Shown piece after piece: positions 54,119-63,934 of a stretch of 64,000 bases of DNA (position 1 is the stretch's first letter; every line of letters begins with the position of its first letter). The notes beneath the pieces are model-generated. The model worked only from the letters and a program-made list of their open reading frames with translations. It searched no databases and was not told the origin of the DNA. The stretch is from a virus. The translations under genes and the position numbers were made by a program. The stretch lies in IMG/VR virus record IMGVR_UViG_3300037418_002743, positions 41,276 through 105,275 of that record; one strand, written 5' to 3'.

Positions 54119-57100
54119 TCAGCGGCGGGCGATGGCGTCCGAGAGCCCCTGCATGGTGGCCTCGTAGACCGCATGCGGGTCCGACGCCTGGTGGATCACG
54201 ACGGCGCCGGGCTGCACGATGACCTGCGTTCCGCCGAGGCTGCGACTGATCGTCGTGGTGTCCGAGGAGTTGATGACCGTCCCGTCGGAGGCGGGGACGA
54301 ACAGCTCCGGACCGCGCTCCCCGACGAGGTAGGGGAACCCGGTGGAGACGGGGCCGCCGTTCGCCCGCGCTCCCGCGATCGGGAGCGCGACGCCGCCGCC
54401 CGAGTACCAGCCATAGGTCTGCTCGTGCGCGAGCGCGCCCTCCGGGGACCCGTAGCGGGAGGCGATGTAGTTGAGACCGGCGGCGGTCTGCGCGGACGGG
54501 TCAGACGTCTTGCTCGCCCCGTACGCGCCCCAGGTGCCGTCGAGGAACTGGAACATGCCGTAGGCGGTCGACGTCGGGTTCTGGGCGTTGTTGTTGAAGC
54601 CCGACTCCCGCATGATCACGGCGTAGAGCGCATCCCACTGCGCTCCGGTCCAGCCGCGGGCGGCGGCCATCGCCTGGACGAGCCCGACGTTCCCTCCGGC
54701 CGCCGCCGGAGCGCCGGGGACGGCCCCGAGCGCCGCCGCCGCGGCCGCCTGCATCGCCTGCCACCAGGACTTGACCTTGTCGATCAGTCCGTCGATCGCC
54801 TTGCCGGGCACCTCGTAGGCGACCTTCGCGACGGGGCTGGACGCCCCGCCGGCGAGGCTGTCGAAGGCCTCGTGGAGCCACTTGCCCGCCATCCCGACCG
54901 GGTCGGAGAGGAAGTCGGTGATCGAGCCGACGATGCTCCCGACGGCGTTGCCGACGGTCGACACGGCGGAGCCGACCGCGGAGCCGATCGAGGACACGGC
55001 GTTGGTGAAGAAGTTCCCGCTGTTCCCGGAGCCGCCCGGGTCCGGGGCCGCCCCGCCGGCCGCGCGCACGACGCCGCCTCCGGAGAAACCGCCGAGCATC
55101 GTGCCGGGCCGCCCGCCGGAGTAGTGGGCGTTCATCGCCATGATCGCGTCCGGGCCGATCGCCGCGACCAGCTCCGGGACGAGGACTGCCTCGCCGGGGG
55201 AGAGCATCGCGGGGATCGTGTCGACCCCGGGCGCGTAGCCGCCGAGCACGCCGCCGCCCGCGAACTGCGGAGCGTCGGGGAGGTGCGGCAGGGAGACGAA
55301 GTCGGCGACCTTGTCCCACACCGCCTTGATGCCGTTCGTGTAAACGACATCCACGACCCAGTGAATGGGCGTGGCGACGGCCTGCTCGACCTCCGTCCAC
55401 ACCTGGCCGATGAAGTTCTTTGCGTCCTGGAAGGCGGTGCCGAGGAGCGCGATGCCGGCCTTGAAGGGCGTAAAGACGTTCTGGTCGATCCACTGCCAGG
55501 CGGCCGAAATGGCGTTCTGGATTCCGTTCCACACGGGAACGATCACGTTGTGCCAGAAATCCGAGAAAGCATTTCCGACGACGATGATCGCGTTTCGGAT
55601 CGGCGTGAAGACGTTATTGTTGATCCACTGCCACGCCGTGTTGATCGCGTTCTGGATGCCTTGCCACGCAGGCACGACGTACTGCTGCCAGAGCAGACGC
55701 ATGGTCATGCCGAGCAGCGCGATCGCCAGGTTAATCGGCGCGATCACGTTCGCCTGCAGCCAGTTCCAGACCGTCGAGATGGCGTTCTGGATTCCGTTCC
55801 AGGCCGGGACAACGTACTGCTGCCAGAGCTGCGTGAAGAAATTTCCGACCGCGGTGATCGCGGCGCCGATCGGCTGAAACACGTTCGCATTCAGCCAATT
55901 CCAGACCGTGGAAATCGCGGACTGGATTCCGTCCCAGGCGGGCTTGATCGCGACGTTGTAGAGCCAGACCGCTACATCTCCGAGGAGATGGAAGGCGATC
56001 ACGAACGGCGTCACGAGGATCGTCACGATCACCGCGATCAGCACGCGCGCGGCGAGGCCGATCGCGTCGAACACGGGCGAGAGCACCGTGTTCCACAGCC
56101 ACTGCGCGGCCTCACCGATCGCGTGGAAGACCCCGGAGAAGAAGCCCGAGACGGCGTTCCAGGCCGAGACGATGCCGCCCGCGACGGACTGCGCGACCCC
56201 GACGACCCAGTTCCAGGCCGTCTCCGCCCCGGACTTGATCCCGTTCCACAGGCCGACGAAGAAGCCGGCGACCGCGTCCCAGTGCGAGATCAGCTCGTAG
56301 GCGCCGAAGGCGAGCAGCGCGACCGCGGCGACGATCGCGAGGATGATCGCCCAGAGCGGGGCGCCCACCACGGTGAGCGTCGCGATCGGGGCGACCATGC
56401 CCCACAGCGCGATCGTCGCGATGACCAGCGCCCCGACGAGCACGCCGGCGATGACCGTCGCGAGGGCGATCGCGACGCCCTGGTGCTGGGAGAGCCAGGT
56501 CGCGGAGGTCGCGATCCAGCCGACCAGGGTCGTAACCGCCGGGAGGAGCACGGTGCCGATCGAGATCGCGAGCGACCCCATGCTGCTCTTGGCCTCGGAG
56601 AGCTTCTGGTTGAAGGTCCCCTGGATCTCGTCCCAGCCCTTGACGTTGCCGGCCCCGTCGGCGGTCGCCTTGCTCACCGCGTCGATGGCGCCGGCAGTGT
56701 TCTTGGCGTTCTCGCCGCCGATCATCAGGGCGACGTTCATGCCGGTCGCGTCGCCCATCGCCTGGCGGAGCGCACCGGAGTAGGTCTGGTAGGCCTGGGC
56801 TCCGCTCATCTGCTCGTTGCCGACCTGATGGAACGAGCCCGCGAGGGTCGCGAAGGACATCGCCTGCGAGTGGGCGATCGGGTCCATGTCCTTCGCCGCG
56901 GCGACGAACTGCTTGTAGGTGACGGAGCCGTCGAGCAGCTTCTGGCCCAGCTCCTGCACCGGTGCCGGCAGGTTCTTGAGCGCGGTGCCGAGGTCGAGGA
57001 CGACCTTGGATGCGTCCGGCCCGAGGTGCTGGCGGATCGCGTCGCCGATCATGTTGACCGTGCCGGAGAGCCCGTTGGTGCCGAGGCTCTGCTGGACCTG

Positions 57101-58198
57101 CTGGACGGTCAGGCCGAGAGTCGCGAACTCCTTCGACTGCATCTGCGTCGGGGAGGCCATGTGCCGGATGGCGTCGGCGAGGTTGTCGGACGCCTGCTGC
57201 GCCGACATGCCGTGCATGGTCATCGAGGCCAGGTCGCCGAGGACGTCGTTGAGCGCGACGTGGTTCGCGGAGGCGACCGGGAGGATGTTCGACATGGAGC
57301 CCGCGAGCTCCTCGAACGTCATCTTGCCGCTCGCGGTGGCCGCGACCAGCTTCGACGTGACGTCCGCGGCCGACGACGCGGGCAGGTGGTAGTCGGTGAG
57401 CGCGGAGGTCAGGGCGTCCGCGACCGTGGTCAGGTCGGCGTTCTCCGTCTTGGCGCCCTCGGCGGCCGCGCGGAGCACCGCGAGCCCGTCGGCGCCGTGC
57501 TGCCCGCCGGACTCGACCTTGTACATGGCGGTGGCGAGGGCGTCCGCGCTGTAGCCGACATCCCCGGCCATCTGGAGGATCCCCTGCCGGACGAGGTCGA
57601 GGTTCGACTGCGTCTCACCGGCGGAGGTGACCAGCCGCTCGGTCGCGGACTGGAAGTCGGCGGCCATCTTCACGCTCTCGACCGCGACCGCGCCGGCGGC
57701 CACGGCGACCGCGACCCCGACGGCGGCCATCGCCGTCTTCCCGCGGGTGGCGGCCGCCTCCTTCGCGGTAGCGGCCTCCTCGATCGCGGCCGCCTCGCTG
57801 CGGGCGGCGACGGCCGACTCCTCGGCCGCCTTCACCTGTACGAGCGCCGCGTCGCGGGCGGCCGCGGCCGCCTCGAGCTGAGCCTCCGCGAAGACCTGCG
57901 CGGAGCGGGCGGCCGCGGAGTCCGACTCCGCCGCCGCGGTGTTCGCCTCGACGACCGCCTTCTGCGCGTCGACGTACTCGCGCTGCGCCGCGACGGCCGT
58001 CTGCATCGAGGCGGCGAGTTCCTTCTGCGCCGCCTCCTGCGCGACCGTGGCCGCGCGCATCTCGTCGGAGGCGACGGAGGCGGTCTTCGCCCCGGTGCCG
58101 AGGTCGGCGAGGGCCTTCGTCGCCTCCGTGAGCCCGGAGACGTACTCGGCCTGGCCCATCAGCACGAGCCGCGCGCCGACGGTCTCGATCAGATCCAT
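54119..58198 (-). CDS. Tape measure protein with C-terminal SLT transglycosylase
   Basis: TP901-type core, W-periodic repeats, IMRESGFNNNAQNPTSTAYGMFQFL. Confidence 0.92.
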   Translation of the reverse strand: MDLIETVGARLVLMGQAEYVSGLTEATKALADLGTGAKTASVASDEMRAATVAQEAAQKELAASMQTAVAAQREYVDAQKAVVEANTAAAESDSAAARSAQVFAEAQLEAAAAARDAALVQVKAAEESAVAARSEAAAIEEAATAKEAAATRGKTAMAAVGVAVAVAAGAVAVESVKMAADFQSATERLVTSAGETQSNLDLVRQGILQMAGDVGYSADALATAMYKVESGGQHGADGLAVLRAAAEGAKTENADLTTVADALTSALTDYHLPASSAADVTSKLVAATASGKMTFEELAGSMSNILPVASANHVALNDVLGDLASMTMHGMSAQQASDNLADAIRHMASPTQMQSKEFATLGLTVQQVQQSLGTNGLSGTVNMIGDAIRQHLGPDASKVVLDLGTALKNLPAPVQELGQKLLDGSVTYKQFVAAAKDMDPIAHSQAMSFATLAGSFHQVGNEQMSGAQAYQTYSGALRQAMGDATGMNVALMIGGENAKNTAGAIDAVSKATADGAGNVKGWDEIQGTFNQKLSEAKSSMGSLAISIGTVLLPAVTTLVGWIATSATWLSQHQGVAIALATVIAGVLVGALVIATIALWGMVAPIATLTVVGAPLWAIILAIVAAVALLAFGAYELISHWDAVAGFFVGLWNGIKSGAETAWNWVVGVAQSVAGGIVSAWNAVSGFFSGVFHAIGEAAQWLWNTVLSPVFDAIGLAARVLIAVIVTILVTPFVIAFHLLGDVAVWLYNVAIKPAWDGIQSAISTVWNWLNANVFQPIGAAITAVGNFFTQLWQQYVVPAWNGIQNAISTVWNWLQANVIAPINLAIALLGMTMRLLWQQYVVPAWQGIQNAINTAWQWINNNVFTPIRNAIIVVGNAFSDFWHNVIVPVWNGIQNAISAAWQWIDQNVFTPFKAGIALLGTAFQDAKNFIGQVWTEVEQAVATPIHWVVDVVYTNGIKAVWDKVADFVSLPHLPDAPQFAGGGVLGGYAPGVDTIPAMLSPGEAVLVPELVAAIGPDAIMAMNAHYSGGRPGTMLGGFSGGGVVRAAGGAAPDPGGSGNSGNFFTNAVSSIGSAVGSAVSTVGNAVGSIVGSITDFLSDPVGMAGKWLHEAFDSLAGGASSPVAKVAYEVPGKAIDGLIDKVKSWWQAMQAAAAAALGAVPGAPAAAGGNVGLVQAMAAARGWTGAQWDALYAVIMRESGFNNNAQNPTSTAYGMFQFLDGTWGAYGASKTSDPSAQTAAGLNYIASRYGSPEGALAHEQTYGWYSGGGVALPIAGARANGGPVSTGFPYLVGERGPELFVPASDGTVINSSDTTTISRSLGGTQVIVQPGAVVIHQASDPHAVYEATMQGLSDAIARR

Positions 58199-58249
58199 GC
58201 GCCCCCCTGGTGGTCGAGCACGGGCGGTTGACCAGGGGGAGGTGAAGCG

Positions 58250-58489
58250 TCAGAACATCTGGGCGATCTCGGAGGCGATGAGCCGGGCGAGCGCGCGGAA
58301 CTCCTCCACGCGCCGCTCCTGGTAGAGCTTCTGGGCGCGCTGCACGACGGCCGCGGTGATCGTCCAGTCGTCGCCGTCCGCCGCGAGGAACGTGAGCGGA
58401 TCGGCGACGCCCAGGAGCAGGGCTTCGGCGGCGGCGTCGATGAGGCGTTCCTCGTCGGTGTCGCCGCCGCCCGTCAGCTTCCGAAAAAA
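58250..58489 (-). CDS. Tail assembly chaperone -1 frameshift extension (G-T type)
   Basis: Slippery T-TTT-TTC at 58483-58489; -1 frame open to 58250. Confidence 0.75.
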   Translation of the reverse strand, partial: FFRKLTGGGDTDEERLIDAAAEALLLGVADPLTFLAADGDDWTITAAVVQRAQKLYQERRVEEFRALARLIASEIAQMF

Positions 58490-59091
58490 GCCTGGTTGTC
58501 CGAGGGGAGCGCGACGCCGGACCAGCGGAGGAGCTGCTGGACGGCGGCGTCGATGTCGGGCTCGGTGAAGTAGAGCGCGCGGACCACGGCGACGGCGCCG
58601 CAGTTCTCGTCGAGACCGAGGGAGTACGCGAGATCCGGGTCGAACTTCGTCCAGTCGCCGTGCGGGTCGCCGTCGCGGAGCGACAGCTTCGCCCGGGTGT
58701 CCGGCTCACCCTCGGCCGGGGCGTCGCCCTCGACGGCGTAGACGCCGATGCAGGAGGTCACGAGGATCTGGCAGTTCTCCTGGACCATCCAGTCCTTCGG
58801 CTTCTTCTGCTGCTTCTGCCGCTTCTCGATGCGGTCCCGGAACTCCGACGGCTGCGCGGGGCCGTAGCGCACGAAGATCTGCGGGCCGCCGTCGTCGCCC
58901 CAGCGGGGGACGCGAAGGTCGGTGTAGAGGTCGGAGAGCAGCTTCTGCCGGCGGTCGCGGAGCGCGGCGAGCGGGGAGGTCGCGTTGACGGGCGCGGGAA
59001 CGCTGTCGGGAGCCGCGTGCGCCCCTCCGCCCGCGGCGGGGGCGGGCGGAGGGGTGGTCACGGACACGACGCCAGGGGTCGGGTTGGTCAC
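58474..59091 (-). CDS. Tail assembly chaperone
   Basis: Between tube and tape measure, ends at slippery site. Confidence 0.78.
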   Translation of the reverse strand: MTNPTPGVVSVTTPPPAPAAGGGAHAAPDSVPAPVNATSPLAALRDRRQKLLSDLYTDLRVPRWGDDGGPQIFVRYGPAQPSEFRDRIEKRQKQQKKPKDWMVQENCQILVTSCIGVYAVEGDAPAEGEPDTRAKLSLRDGDPHGDWTKFDPDLAYSLGLDENCGAVAVVRALYFTEPDIDAAVQQLLRWSGVALPSDNQAFFGS

Positions 59092-59131
59092 CGGTCAGGG
59101 TTCCTTTCCAGGGGAGGGAGGAGCGGAGGGA

Positions 59132-59539
59132 TCAGGAGCGGGTCTCGACGTTGACCGTCATCTCCCACATCAGCGGGTTCGAGCTGGTCGAGTCGGTGTC
59201 GCCGGGCTTGACGGAGCCGAGGCGGCCCGCCCAGGTCTGCGGGGTGCCCCAGGCGTTGCCCTGCTCGTCGAGGGGCTGGCGGGTCACCTGGACGCGGACC
59301 TTGCCGGCCTGGTCCTGGAGCCAGCGGACGAGCTCCCAGTCCCGGTCGCGCTCGGCGACGCGGGTCAGGGTGATCGCGGAGTAGGTCGGGAGGGTCAGGT
59401 AGGACTTCTCCGGGCCCATGCCGCCGGGGCGGTGCATGGCGGCCTTGACCGTGGTCTCGCCGCCCTTCATGGTGTCGAAGACGCCGAGGTCACGGCCCCC
59501 GACGTTGGCGGTCACGAGGTACTGCTGTGCCGTGCTCAC
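59132..59539 (-). CDS. Tail tube protein
   Basis: 135 aa after sheath; ITLTR...W.G...DS.SS...E. Confidence 0.8.
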   Translation of the reverse strand: MSTAQQYLVTANVGGRDLGVFDTMKGGETTVKAAMHRPGGMGPEKSYLTLPTYSAITLTRVAERDRDWELVRWLQDQAGKVRVQVTRQPLDEQGNAWGTPQTWAGRLGSVKPGDTDSTSSNPLMWEMTVNVETRS

Positions 59540-59649
59540 GACGGCATCACCCCTTCGCAGGCGCGACCCGCGCGGAGGCGGGCATGAAGAAGCCCGCCCC
59601 CGGGATCGGGGGCGGGCGGAGGGTCAGTGCCAGGGGGCTACGGGCTCGG

Positions 59650-61182
59650 TCAGCCGATGCTCTGCGGCGACGACGGGACCTGCTCCGTGAGCGGCACGTT
59701 CAGGATCGAGATCTGGGTGTACTCGGCCATCGCGGAGCGCCGCACCGACAGGGTCGCGAGGACCTGACCGGCCGCGGCGGTCGCGGCGGTGTTGACCTGC
59801 GAGGAGGTGTCGACGACGAAGGCGTCGGTGGCGGAGTTGCCGTAGAGCGCGCCGACCTGCCAGTAGGCCTGGAGCATGCCGGCGAGCTGGCCGTTGAGCC
59901 GGCCGAGGAGCTGGCCCTTCGCGTCGATCGTGGCGAACTCCGCGACGGAGGCGGCAATCGCCTGGCCATCGTTCTGGATCGCCATGCGCAGGCGGGCCCA
60001 GTTGAGCTGGTACCACTGCGGGTCGAGGCTCAGGGTGCGGAAGCCGTAGACCTGCACGACGCCGGCGAGCTGGCGGATCACGTTGACCCCGGCCGCGTTG
60101 AGCGTGCCGCGGTCGGTGTCGGAGTAGGCCTGCGAGACGCCGATGGCGTACTTGCTCGCACCGTTCACGGCGCCGGCCGCGGCGATGTTCTGGTTCGGGA
60201 CGCCGATGCCGCCGTTGGTGCCGGAGGCGATGTCCGAGCGGGCGATCGTCGCGGCGAACAGCGCCGACGGGGCGACGGAGCGCGCGGGCGACGGGATCCC
60301 GTTGGTGGACTGGATCCCGGGGATCGTCACCCACGGGGCGCAGAGGCAGCCGCGGGAGCCGTCGAGCCCGCCGGTCACCGCAGCCGTGGCGGCGGTGATG
60401 AGCGTCGCCGCGGTCGCGGTGTCGACGGCGTCGAGCAGCGCGGTGCGGTTGTTGGTCGCGGCGTGCGCGAGCAGCGCCTGGTGCGCGGCGTCGGTGGTGC
60501 GGCCGGGCGCGGAGACCTGGCCCGGGCCCATGTCCGGGGCGAACACCGTCAGGGCGGTCGTCCAGTGGGTCTCGGTGATCGCGGCGTTGTCGTCGGCGCC
60601 GGAGGTGAGCGGGGTCGCGGAGACCACGGCCGGGTTGTTGTTCGGCGCGGCGGTCGTGGACGCGAGGTCCGTGATCGTCACGTAGTTGGAGAGCGCGGCC
60701 GCCCAGTTCACCGCGTCCTGCGGGGAGGACAGGTTCGGGCTGGTCTCGACGGTGGCGCCGTTGTAGCCGATGACGAGCTGGTAGGTGTTCGCCAGGGAGC
60801 CGGCGACGACCTGCACCGTGAGCTGGTTGCCCCAGGCGCCGACGCTGTTGGCCCACACCTTGATCGTGTCGATCGGGGTGCTCGCGCGGTCCTGCAGGAT
60901 GACGAACGAGGCGACGGCGGCCGGGCCGACGACCCGGGACACGTAGGCCTGCTGCCCGCCGTCGCGGAAGAACAGGTCGAGCGCGTCGTACAGGCTCGCG
61001 TAGTTGGTGCGGGAGCCGCACTTGAGGTTGAAGTCCGACATGCTCTGGATCGAGATCGCCTTGCCGGCCTTGCCGCGCTGGCTGAGGCCGGTGACGAACC
61101 ACGTGGCGGTCGGAACGTTCGGGATCGGGGGCGGCGACGAGAGCGCCGTGGTGACGGTGATACCCGGTGCGGGCGCGGTCAT
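59650..61182 (-). CDS. Contractile tail sheath protein
   Basis: FFRDGGQQAYVSRV...LNAAGVNVIR...YGFRTL...GALYG...AF.VD. Confidence 0.92.
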   Translation of the reverse strand: MTAPAPGITVTTALSSPPPIPNVPTATWFVTGLSQRGKAGKAISIQSMSDFNLKCGSRTNYASLYDALDLFFRDGGQQAYVSRVVGPAAVASFVILQDRASTPIDTIKVWANSVGAWGNQLTVQVVAGSLANTYQLVIGYNGATVETSPNLSSPQDAVNWAAALSNYVTITDLASTTAAPNNNPAVVSATPLTSGADDNAAITETHWTTALTVFAPDMGPGQVSAPGRTTDAAHQALLAHAATNNRTALLDAVDTATAATLITAATAAVTGGLDGSRGCLCAPWVTIPGIQSTNGIPSPARSVAPSALFAATIARSDIASGTNGGIGVPNQNIAAAGAVNGASKYAIGVSQAYSDTDRGTLNAAGVNVIRQLAGVVQVYGFRTLSLDPQWYQLNWARLRMAIQNDGQAIAASVAEFATIDAKGQLLGRLNGQLAGMLQAYWQVGALYGNSATDAFVVDTSSQVNTAATAAAGQVLATLSVRRSAMAEYTQISILNVPLTEQVPSSPQSIG

Positions 61183-61187
61183 TCAGA

Positions 61188-61610
61188 TCACTCCTGAGGG
61201 GCGGCGGGAGTCGTGCCGAGGACGACGGACTGGTGCTGCGCCGGCGTCCAGACGACGGCCGGAGCCGGGTCCGCGGCCGGAGCCGGGTCGGCCGGGGCCG
61301 GGTCCGCGGCGGGAGCCGGGTCGGCCGGGGCGGGGGCGGCCTCCTGCGGGGGGGACAGAACGACCGGAGGCGCCGCCTGAGGCTCCGCGGGAGCCGGGGC
61401 GGGCGCCGGTGCCTGGGAGGGGCCCTGCGGGACCGCAGCGGCCGGATCTGCCGGCGGCAGGGGCCGCGGCGGCGTGGTCTCGACGAGGAGCCCGTCGGCG
61501 ATCAGCTGGCGGTGCCGGGGGCTCCGGTCGATGTCGGCGCGCTCGAGCGGGGCGAGGACCTGACCGTTGTCGAGATCCACGTCGTGGTTGCTGCCGTTGA
61601 TGACGAGCAC
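61188..61610 (-). CDS. Hypothetical virion protein with PAPAAD repeats
   Basis: ORF directly upstream of sheath. Confidence 0.6.
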   Translation of the reverse strand: MLVINGSNHDVDLDNGQVLAPLERADIDRSPRHRQLIADGLLVETTPPRPLPPADPAAAVPQGPSQAPAPAPAPAEPQAAPPVVLSPPQEAAPAPADPAPAADPAPADPAPAADPAPAVVWTPAQHQSVVLGTTPAAPQE

Positions 61611-61640
61611 GGGCAGGGCTCCCCCTTCCGGGGCTCGGGG

Positions 61641-62246
61641 TTAGAGGATCTTGGTGACCTGCACGGACGTGCTGGTCACCGCAGGGGCCGCCGGCGGCGG
61701 CGCGGTCGGATCGACCGGCGGGGAGGCCGGGCCGGCGAAGGCGTCGACGACCCCGTCGACCTGGACCGCGAACTGCACGATTGCCTGCCCGAGCGTGCGG
61801 AAGGCGGTCGTGGCTACCTCCTGGTACCGCTCCGCGCGCCACGTCGTGGACATCGCGAAGCCGCCGAGGGAGGGCTGCTGGAGCATGAGCTGGCGGATGG
61901 CGGTGACGTAGTAGCCGAGGTGGTCCTCGGTCTCCTGGTAGTCCGCGCCCCAGAGCCAGAGCGCGATCTGCACGTCCCACGTCGCGATGTACTTGCCGTC
62001 TCCCTTGCGCATCGGCGGGGAGCCGCCGATCGTGCCGGGGACCGCGACGATGTAGCGGGGCGCCTCCTCGACCGTCGTCGGCGAGTCCAGCGGCTCGTTG
62101 ACGAAGTCGGTGAAGCCGGGGAGCTCGGCGCCGGTCTGGCGGATCGCCTCCGCGACGTAGAACGGTGCCCAGGTCGCGAGGGTCGCGAGGACCGCCTGCC
62201 GGACCTGCGGGGGCCCGACGAACGGGCCCAGCGGGGAGGTGCTCAT
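61641..62246 (-). CDS. Tail terminator/completion protein
   Basis: Synteny upstream of sheath. Confidence 0.6.
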   Translation of the reverse strand: MSTSPLGPFVGPPQVRQAVLATLATWAPFYVAEAIRQTGAELPGFTDFVNEPLDSPTTVEEAPRYIVAVPGTIGGSPPMRKGDGKYIATWDVQIALWLWGADYQETEDHLGYYVTAIRQLMLQQPSLGGFAMSTTWRAERYQEVATTAFRTLGQAIVQFAVQVDGVVDAFAGPASPPVDPTAPPPAAPAVTSTSVQVTKIL

Positions 62247-62725
62247 CAGACCGCCCACAGGGTTGCGTGGAGGATCGCGGCCCACCGGGCGGCGTCCTCC
62301 TCGGTGATGTCGACGACCTTGCGCTGCGGGAGCGTCGCGGAGCCGCGGCCGAAGACACGGATCTGCCGGGGCCCGGTCTGGTGATACTGCGCGTACTTCA
62401 CCGACGTACCCATCACGATCTCGTCGGCGGAGACCTGGAAGACGCTGCCCTCGTTGTTGCCGGTGAGGGAGAACAGCAGCTTGCCCGTGTCGTACAGGAT
62501 CGAGTCCGGCTGCGGGGACCGCTTCCGGGTCTTGATCGCGATCGTCGTCGGGGAGAGCGGAGCCCAGCCGGGGCCCTCGTCGCCGAAGCGACGCGCCTCG
62601 AGGGCGTGGAAGTCCTCCTGGATGAGGTGCGCGGCCGCCTCGAGGACACCCGCGGCGCGGGCCGCGTACTGCCCGAGCTTCACGGCGGCGAGGTTGTCGC
62701 CCTCGATGCTGATCTCGAAGTTCAC
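62246..62725 (-). CDS. Virion morphogenesis / neck protein (Mu gpG / P2 gpS-like)
   Basis: WAPLSP.T...IL.DTG.L...GTSVKYAQYHQ.G...LPQR. Confidence 0.82.
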   Translation of the reverse strand: MNFEISIEGDNLAAVKLGQYAARAAGVLEAAAHLIQEDFHALEARRFGDEGPGWAPLSPTTIAIKTRKRSPQPDSILYDTGKLLFSLTGNNEGSVFQVSADEIVMGTSVKYAQYHQTGPRQIRVFGRGSATLPQRKVVDITEEDAARWAAILHATLWAV

Positions 62726-62734
62726 GCCGCCCCC

Positions 62735-62983
62735 TCAGTCGTCGTCGTGTCCTCCGCCGTGGCGCAGGTAGCGGAGGTAGTCGCGGGCGGCCTCGATCAG
62801 CCCGACGGAGGTGATCCAGTCGAGGTCGGACTCGAACACTCCGAGGCGGACGGAGCCGTCGGAGAGGTCCACGCAGCGGGCGATCACGACGGCGTCGGTG
62901 ACGCGCTCGTTCTCCGCGAGGGGGATCGAGATGCCGAGCTGGTCGAGGATCGGCCCGATCGGGCGGCTCTCCTCGTCGCTCAC
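62735..62983 (-). CDS. Hypothetical protein
   Basis: Coupled ORF. Confidence 0.6.
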   Translation of the reverse strand: MSDEESRPIGPILDQLGISIPLAENERVTDAVVIARCVDLSDGSVRLGVFESDLDWITSVGLIEAARDYLRYLRHGGGHDDD

Positions 62984-63648
62984 GTGCGCGCGTAGGGCTT
63001 GATGAGCGCCCCGATCTCGGCGTCCAGGTCGGCCGTGCTCATGGACGCCCGCCGCTCGGGGGCGATCGACAGGATGAACAGGCGGACGGCCTGCATCATC
63101 GTCGCCTGCACGAGGTCGTCGGGGACGCCGCCGGTGTAGCCGCCGGAGTAGGTGGTCTCGACGATCGACCCGACGGGGCAGTAGGTGCCGAACGGGAGGC
63201 GGAGGTGCCCGGAGTCCGGCTCCGGCCCGACGAGGTTCTGCGTGATCGACTGACCCTGCCCGCCGAAGGGCGGGATGATCAGCACGGACACCGCGGAGTA
63301 GGTCCAGAGCTCGGGGTGCCGCGGCGCGTAGTCGTCAAGCCAGATGTCCCGGACGAGGTTGCTGTTCTGCCCGTAGGCGCGGGCCCGGGACAGCTGCAGG
63401 GTCCCGGTGAGCGAGAGCGGGATGTCCGTCGCCGTGGTGTTCTCGCTCGTCACGCCCTCCGCCCGCTCGGTCTGGGTGACCGGACCGAACGGGGCGAAGC
63501 GGCGGGCGCACCGTGCCTCGATGGCGCGGGATGCCCGGGTCAGCGTCGACTGGATGAAGGACGCGGACGCGCCCTGCAGGGCGTACTTGAAGGGCGAGTC
63601 CTTGAGGTCTTCCTCGCTGGCGAGGGGCTGGTACTGGATCGCGGTCAC
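62980..63648 (-). CDS. Head-tail adaptor/connector
   Basis: LAS.EDLK...ASRAIEARC.R.F...TYSGGY..VPDDLVQA...PY. Confidence 0.75.
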   Translation of the reverse strand: MTAIQYQPLASEEDLKDSPFKYALQGASASFIQSTLTRASRAIEARCARRFAPFGPVTQTERAEGVTSENTTATDIPLSLTGTLQLSRARAYGQNSNLVRDIWLDDYAPRHPELWTYSAVSVLIIPPFGGQGQSITQNLVGPEPDSGHLRLPFGTYCPVGSIVETTYSGGYTGGVPDDLVQATMMQAVRLFILSIAPERRASMSTADLDAEIGALIKPYART

Positions 63649-63676
63649 CGCACCTCCTCGCGCGGCCGGGGCCTAC

Positions 63677-63934
63677 CTACTCGGCGACGGGGGTCTTGCG
63701 GGCGCGGGTGGTCTTCTTGGCCTCCGCGTCGTCGCCCTCGTCCTCTGCGGCCGGCGCGGGGTCGGGGGCCTCGTGCTTGCCGTGGGCGGCCGGGACGACC
63801 TCGGTGAAGCCGGGCTGGAGCAGGATCTCCCGGGCGATCTTGTGGTCGTCGACGGATGCGACGGAGCCGGGGGCGTCCCACACGATGTCGTGCGGGCCGC
63901 GGGCCGCCTTGTCGGACTGGATGTGCACCGTCAT
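63677..63934 (-). CDS. Hypothetical protein (post-capsid position)
   Basis: GAAGGAG RBS. Confidence 0.6.
   Translation of the reverse strand: MTVHIQSDKAARGPHDIVWDAPGSVASVDDHKIAREILLQPGFTEVVPAAHGKHEAPDPAPAAEDEGDDAEAKKTTRARKTPVAE

Noticed and set aside
45397-58231. Very long plus-strand ORFs (45397-49296, 54074-58231 and similar elsewhere)
   Set aside because: Antisense shadows of high-GC minus-strand genes; Arg/Gly-rich sequence with no recognisable motifs
45337-61182. Extracellular contractile injection system (eCIS) or tailocin
   Set aside because: Head-tail adaptor, neck, long tape measure, lysis, replication and immunity genes indicate a true phage
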